A stretch of 60,383 bases of DNA, the filler included, from Collodictyon triciliatum (lineage: Eukaryota): assembly GCA_043381765.1 (NCBI GenBank). It is 4 parts of 4 records of this genome, joined end to end, with 100 filler letters (N's around TTAATTAATTAA, not from the genome) between each part and the next. Parts side by side here need not be neighbours in the genome. Positions count along the whole stretch, not along the records: positions 45,384 to 60,383 come from JBHJMP010001742.1; 3 more parts are not named here. One strand, given 5' to 3'. The position numbers and the translations under genes are program-made. Shown in pieces: positions 53,433-60,383 of the stretch. Position 1 is the first letter of the stretch. Every line of letters starts with the position of its first letter. The notes beneath the pieces are model-generated. The model ran no database searches and had not been told where the DNA came from. It worked only from the letters and a program-made list of their open reading frames with translations.

Positions 53433-54386
53433 CTTTAGGGGCGTGCGCTGTCTATGAAAACGTTTTTCATTTGGGTTTTTCAAAGGTACTTTTTGAGCGA
53501 TTGGCTTTGTTTCTGGGATTTTTGGACATAATAAGATTAATTGCACGTTTATGGCAATATTAATGTCTTTTTCTTCAATTTTTTATTCACCTATTCAGTT
53601 TGTACAAGGTGATGGACAATATCAATTTCATACTGATTGGATGATATTTTTCTTTCTCGTAGCATTTATCAAGGCGGCGCAATCATGCTTTTGTCCATTC
53701 TGCTATTTGAAGATTCTTTCCTTTACATAGTTTCCATCACATTCACCGTGCTAGTATTCACAGAGCTTCTGAATGTGGCTCTGGAAATCAATACATGGCA
53801 CATTTACATGATTTACTCTGAGGTCTTTTCTTTACTCGCGTACATCCTCAGCATGGTTATCCTTCAATCTTACTTTGGTAAGTAATCGAACCCTCATCAT
53901 ATTATGTTTTTTTTTTTTTTTGTTTCTCATTTGTTTCTCATTTGTTTCTCATTTATTTATGTCCACATCAAACCCACCAACTTTCTCCGTTTCGATGTAT
54001 CTTATCTGTGAAACCTTGTGCCTCAGCTGTACCGCTCAGATACCTGAAATCGCTCTACGTCCCTCTGTCTCTCTTCTGCTTGCAAAAAGAACAAAGAAAG
54101 AAAGAAAGAGAGAGGGAGGGAGGGAGAGAAAAGAAAAAGTAAAGAATAAGAGAAGAGAAGTGAATATGACAGAAAAGACAAGAAAAGAATAGAACCACAA
54201 GAAATCAGCCCTTCGTAGAAGAAACCATTCATATCGCTCTGCGTGAATATAGACATCCAGTTCATCGGGACGTGGGCATTCTTCTGGAAAACCACCATCA
54301 TCACTCTCTTCAGCTGCCTTCCCATCTACCTGGGCAAGCATCTCATCAAAAAGTATAATCCGCCTGCGTACCTGAAGCTTCGCTGA
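47704..54386 (+). CDS. NEO1: P4-type phospholipid-transporting ATPase, ATP9/Neo1 subfamily (N-terminus lost in gap 47035-47694)
   Basis: Exons give [64 protein letters not shown] (phosphorylation site), [91 protein letters not shown] and [10 protein letters not shown]. Confidence 0.95.
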
Positions 54387-54876
54387 ACACAGCCAAGGGA
54401 AGCGACTGCTTACAACCGGGAAATCAAGTCTATTTTTCTTCTTAAAATAAACATAAAAAAAAAAAATAAATGATTGAATCGATGTATGACCAGGCCTTTC
54501 TTTTATTTTTACTTTTTTATTTTCTTCCATGCTCGCTCACAATTGTCTGGCTTTGCGAGAGCCTCAGAGCTGGTGAAAACTCGACCGTGACCCACACACA
54601 AAGCAATTACGGGAGATGAAAGTAAACTGTGGACTTCCAATAGCATCATCCTTTTTTTTTCTTTTGGAACGATGAAGGGCACAAACCAAGACCGAGAATA
54701 AGAAAAGCGAGAGTAAGATAGAGGGAGAGAGAGAGAGAGAGAAAAAAAAAAAGAAGAAAAGAACGACATGTCACAATGTCTCGCAGAAGGTAGTTCTCCC
54801 AACAAAAAAGAAACTCCCGAGCACATTCTGCCGCACAAGCAAAAACGGAATAATCACCGCCGTCGAAACCCACGTA

Positions 54877-57800
54877 TTATTCGGGCACCTCGATTTCGCT
54901 CAACGCCCTGAAAACACGCAAACGACCTTGAGCATTCCGATAGACGTTGATACAGGTTGAAAGACATAGACATATACAAAGATAAAGATAAAGATGCACA
55001 TAGATGTAAAGACAAGAAAGCGAAATGAATACAAACTGCGCATATTTCTTGTCAGACTTGTGTTGGAATGCGGAGTGGTTCGTGTCGATCTCCCTCTCTG
55101 TCTCCAACTTACGGACTTGTCTCCTGTGGTTGTGGTGAGTCGCATCAAACTCGTGCGGTATGATTCTGCTATGCATTCTTAGGCCCATGGAAGGTTTTGC
55201 GTTGCAAATAGAGATAAGGGGCCAAAATGAAATGCAAATAAAAGATGGGCGTGTCTTGATGAAAAGGAGTAATAGTGGTACATCATCCTTTCATATTCCT
55301 CCTTTTCATTTCGAATCATGTCCACTTTCATAGACTTATCGATGACATGGCCAGCAACCTCACGCAGTGCATTTTCTCGGTCATATTCCTGATTGAAGCA
55401 ATACTCATATCAGCCTTTACGATAAATATCACCAATATAGCCACCTCTCTCTTTTTTTTTTCTTTTTATCTTTCTCTCCCTCTCTCCCTCTCTCTCTCTC
55501 TTTTCTTTCACTTTATTTCTCTTTCCCTCTCTCCCTCTCTCCCTCTCTCCCTCTCTCTCTCTTTTTCTTTCACTTTATTTCTCTTTCATACTTTTGACGC
55601 CACTCAAATGTAACTCTAGGTTATCTGAACATTGAAACCCATCAATCAAATATTCTTACAATCTGGTCTTTTCTCGTCAATGTGTCCATTTCGCGCTGGC
55701 GGTGAGCATTCCCTTTGTTTATAGCTTGCTCGAGAATACCATATTTGGTTTCATAAACCTATAATACGACGAAAGTATCGAAAAAAAGTGACTAAATAAA
55801 TCTAAAAAAGCACGAGGAGGCCATTCTGTAATCAAACACACAGCCGATTTACACTTTGGCTCTCAAAAACTAAACCAATTCATCTATTAAAAAATAGAAA
55901 TAAAAATAAAAAGAGGATGTAAAAAAAAATAATTAATAATCCTATCAGTGTGTACTTGCTCGTAAGCTTTGGTTTCCTTCTCCAGGAGCTTCACTCTTTT
56001 ATCCTCCTCCTCGCGCTATTTGCACAATTTATGTTGAATGATTAATCACTTTTTCGAAACTGATTAAGACTAAATCACCTGGAAGAGGTCTAAATACTAA
56101 CCTCAAACTTCTCCTGTGCTCTCCTGTATTTCTCTAGGTATTGCTGGCGCCCTACTTCGGTTCGACGATTGAACGAGTCTCTCATCTGGTTGACATTATG
56201 CTCCACCTAATATTTTGCATGGAAGCGAAACGATGCATAATTCATGAATGGACCCCAAAGGAAAGGGATGATAGTTGCAATCAAAGTGTAAGCTTCTCGT
56301 TTGAAAAACAAACATATGTTGAGAAATCAAGATGAAGCAGAGTATCTATGACAAAAACATAACATAACAAACCTTATTCAGCCTATCTGTCCAGTTCAAC
56401 TTGGCCCTAGTCTCTTCCTCCTACGAATTTAAAGTCAATTTCACTATTTATAATCCGCGGAACGAACATGTATAGAGTTAGTTAAGTTGTGATTCTTTTG
56501 TCTCACGCGTGGCTGTAAATGCGATAGATATAGTTGATTCATATGGGTACTCATTTTATCGTCCCTAAGAGTAGACGAGTTTTTATTTACTTTTTTTGAA
56601 AATAATTTAAAATATACATATTTCTCTCTTCTTGCACGAGCTTGCTCTAGTCTCTGTTCGTTCATCATCCTCTTATGCTCCATCTCCCTGATATGTTGAA
56701 GGGCAAGGACAGAGTGAGTATATATTCAAAAAAATGAGACTAGCAAAATGTTACAAGAACGAATAGAAAAAACACATCGTTCATACTTAATGTCTCTTCA
56801 AAACAACTTCATGCGAAAAATGCGTAAAAATACGTAAGGTAAACATAAAGATGCTGGTTTGGTTTGGTTTGGTTTGGTTTGGTTTGGTTTGGTTTGGTTT
56901 GGTTTGGTTTGGTAAACTATTACCTTTGTTTGATTTGGCGTAACATTTGAACCCTTTGTTCAGCAGTCATTTCCTTTTCCATTAATTTCTCTTTGCGCAT
57001 TTCAATACTGCACGGAAAATATATATATATATGTTTCTATTTATTGCTTTCTTTTCTGAAAATAAAAATGGAAGAAGAAAAAAAAACAAGCAATTCACTT
57101 ATTTATACATCTCAACCATGTTTGAATGAATACATGCATTTTCATGTCTTTTTGCAAGATTAAAACTGTAAAGAGTGAACCAGGATTTAAGCTATATCCA
57201 GATAGTTCTAACCACTTAAATTACAAATATAAGATTACTCTTCTCCCCAGTCAAGATAAAGATTTTGTCTGGCAAGGTATTCCTCGTATAGCTCGTTCAT
57301 GCGTGTTGTGTAATTGTTAACCTCCTGATATTTTGTTCAATGACAGAATACATTAAACAAGGGAAGAATCGTGGCATGCGTACGCGAGGCACGACAGATG
57401 TACAGAAAATAATTAATTGTATAGGCTACATAGAGACTAAAGGTATGATGAATTTCAAACTTCTCGGTGTCGTTGGTATCTTCGAGCTTCGTCTTCCTTA
57501 CTCGTTTCGATGAACTGCTTCCTTGAATTTGTTCGGATTTCTTCCAATCTTGATAAGCAAACGCACATAATTTCACTTATTGGAAAAAATACTTTTATAT
57601 GATGAACCCGAATATCATCATTAAGATGAAAATATAGAATAGATTCGTACTCCCTTTTTATTTCTCTTTCCTTTTTTTCCTCAGCGTAAGTTCTTTCCAG
57701 AGATTGAATGAATTCGGCATAATTTCTAATTCGTAATTGCTTAATTTGAATTTCGAATCTATCAGTGGTATATAACAAAAGGATTTATTTCTACAAATAA

Positions 57801-57952
57801 CCCAACACTGCCACCTAAATCTGCTGTACTGAATGCTTACCGCATGATTTGCTCGATTCTTTTCTGTTCGGATTCCATTTCAACATCCTCCAAGTGTTTC
57901 TGGTAAAGTAAAATACTGCGTCAATATACGTTTCTTGCTCTTCTTCTTATTC

Positions 57953-58046
<94 letters not shown>

Positions 58047-59580
58047 GTAAAAAAAAAAACCAGCAAACTATCAATCTACTATTCTTCCACTTTTCTTCTT
58101 ACTATCTTCTATTGCATTTTTTTCGTACCCGAGTCATTTCATAGGCATATTGCTCTTGTTCAATGTCCCGAAGCTTCTGAAGCGTGCGAACTTTCTTTTG
58201 GCTGTATAAAAACATATGCAATTTGGTATTCATAACTTGTCTAAAGTTAAAATCAAGGGTCTATAAAAATATTGATTGTTATAGTAAAGAAAATGAAAAG
58301 GTGATGTGAACCAGTCAGCATTCCTTCTCTAAAATAATGATAATAATTTATTCTCTTTATTCAATTCGAGGGAAGGGCAATCAAGTTCAATATTAAAAAA
58401 AAAAAAAAAACATAAGGGCACACATCAAAAGAGAGTCAAAGGATACACTAATTACCGCGAACGCGCCATCGCAGGAACTACGGGACTTTTACTTTCTACT
58501 GTAGAATATGAAAGAGACGATGGTGCCCACCCAGCTGGTACACAGAGCAACTAAAGTAGTATTGAATTAGACTAATGAAATCAGAACATATGATTCGTGT
58601 TCCTCTTACTCCATATAAACAAATGTCGAATATATATGTCCGTGTTTGGGAATAAATATAAGCTCTTTTTTTTTTTTTTTTTGGAGTAAGTGTTATTATG
58701 GTTGGATATTTTATATAATTTGCCTTGTATGTAATTGCCATTACTGGTGTCATTTGAACAGTGTGTCATATACCTTGTCAGCATTTTTAGTTGAACGGTT
58801 TTGTGTATCTCCGAGTTGAGAGGTTGGTGACTTTGGTCCGCTATTTTAGAAGGAAGAAAGTCAAAACGGTGCAGATATAGCTCAGACGCCAAGATCACAT
58901 TTGTGTGTAAGAAGGAAAATTATTCAAGCATCGATAATAATAACTGAGCGTTGATAATAGTGATAATATACTTTGAACCATATACATCAGGGAAATATTC
59001 AAGAATTATTATTCTAAGAGAAGTGTTGGAATTACCTCCCACCAGAATTTTGGCTAGTATTCAGATTTGCAGCCCCATCAGAGTGATATCCATCACCTTA
59101 GTGTAAAACAGGGCCATGGCAATGTTGAGATGTAGGTATAAGAAGTTCATAAATATGGGTAACTAAAAAGAGAGACATAGACATAGATAGAGATAGAGAT
59201 AGAGATAGAGATAGAGATAGAGATAGAGATAGAGATAGAGATAGAGATAGAGATAGAGATAGAGATAGAGATAGAGATAGAGATAGAGATAAAGCAGAGA
59301 TAAATATGTTCGATTGGAGAGATTACGTTTTTGGCAACTCTGACCACTTCTTTTGGACGTTTGCTCGTCGTTCATCGCGTTGTCTCCTGTTTGTGGAGAT
59401 GAAGGTAGCGAGTGTACATCATAATCTCGACCAAAAGATGTGGTTAAAGATTTGTACTCTGGTTTTCTGTCAACTTTGTTGCCACGGCCTCCCTGGATGT
59501 CCTCGTTTTGTTGCATTGTAGGCTTTTGTATTTTGAGGTTTCATTGTATTTTTGTGGTGTTCGAGACGGGATGACAGTTG
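54877..59580 (-). CDS. Multi-exon protein with low-complexity N-terminus and long E/R/K/Q-rich coiled coil; boundaries approximate
   Basis: Successive AG..GT-bounded exons encode QKKVRTLQKLRDIEQEQ, KHLEDVEMESEQKRIEQIMR, LERTYAEEKKEREIKRE, EMEHKRMMNEQRLEQARARREK and REEEDKRVKLLEKE. No specific family recognised. Confidence 0.55.
59186..59291. repeat. (AGATAG)n microsatellite
   Basis: Visible tandem hexamer. Confidence 0.9.
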
Positions 59581-60383
59581 GCAGAATGATGAAAGGATGG
59601 TGAACGTGAAATGAGGTGACAGAGTATTGGCGTCCATGAGTTTGATGGAATTCAGAAATTTGCCAAGAAATTGAAGATGTAGAGAGTTGATAAGGTAAAG
59701 TATATCGGTGGGGCAAAAAGAAAAGTTTTAGTTAAACCAGATGAATCATTCGACCTCTATGCCTTTATTTGGTACGAGATAAAAAAAATTACGACAAAAA
59801 AAGAGCATACATACAGGTGTCGATATTGTGATGCAAGGAAAACAAAACAAAAAAGCGGTATGTTACACTAAATCTATATCTCCTCATTTCGAAAATAAAT
59901 AAATAAAACTATTGATGCTATAAGTGTAGTAAAATCAAACCACTCCATTCAGACGTATCGAAAGCTCGTAAGTCTCTAAAATTCGTCGGATATTTTCTCT
60001 TGCTTGGGGAGTTGTCTAAATAGTTTTTATTTTTTAAAATAAAAAACATTTGTATATGTATTTCTTCACTGAAAAGTAAGAAGCAAGGAGCTAAAAAAAA
60101 AAGGATGGAAAGCTGGAAAGCTGGAACTCCAGAAATCCCTTTGTGAAAGTTTTGATATTTTCGAAGTCTTTTTTCTCTTTTCTTTTTTCTTTCTTTTTCT
60201 TTCTTTTTTCTTCCTTTCTTTCCTTTTTTCTTTCTTTTTTCTTTCCTTCTTTTCTTTTCTTTTCTTTTCTTTTCTTTTTCTTTCCTTTTTCTTTCCTTTT
60301 TCTTTCCTTTTTCTTTCCTTTTTCTTTCCTTTTTCTTTCCTTTTTCTTTCCTTTTTCTTTCCTTTTTCTTTCCTTTTTCTTTC

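Overview
Eukaryotic, AT-rich, intron-dense and microsatellite-rich genomic DNA using the standard genetic code, probably from a protist (species not determinable). The window is not contiguous: three identical 100-bp artificial linkers (N44-TTAATTAATTAA-N44) join four ~15-kb scaffolds (1-15024, 15125-30132, 30233-45283, 45384-60383). Scaffold 1 has DOHH, a membrane-anchored bacterial-like GT4 glycosyltransferase, a coiled-coil/C-terminal RING (BRE1-like) gene, a compact BRCA1/BARD1-like BRCT gene and the last exon of an AGPAT/PlsC-like gene. Scaffold 2 has an ATG18/WIPI3-4 PROPPIN, a plant/prokaryote-type soluble pyrophosphatase, an intronless multipass membrane protein and a divergent copine. 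Scaffold 3 has a probable non-LTR ORF1 relic, a YbiA/NADAR gene, a CX5R phosphatase, a ~1170-aa secreted bacterial-like clan GH-A hydrolase, a claudin-like protein, a decayed Fanzor1 element and an alcohol dehydrogenase 3' end. Scaffold 4 has an ATP9/Neo1 P4-ATPase and a coiled-coil protein. The highlight is the Fanzor1 (TnpB-derived RNA-guided nuclease) at 40824-42795 (-). It keeps all three RuvC acidic residues, the Zn finger and an NLS-like start, and has a candidate omegaRNA, a possible acquired intron and Mimiviridae-type AAAATTGA motifs upstream. All family calls come from hand translation and motif recognition; no searches were run.
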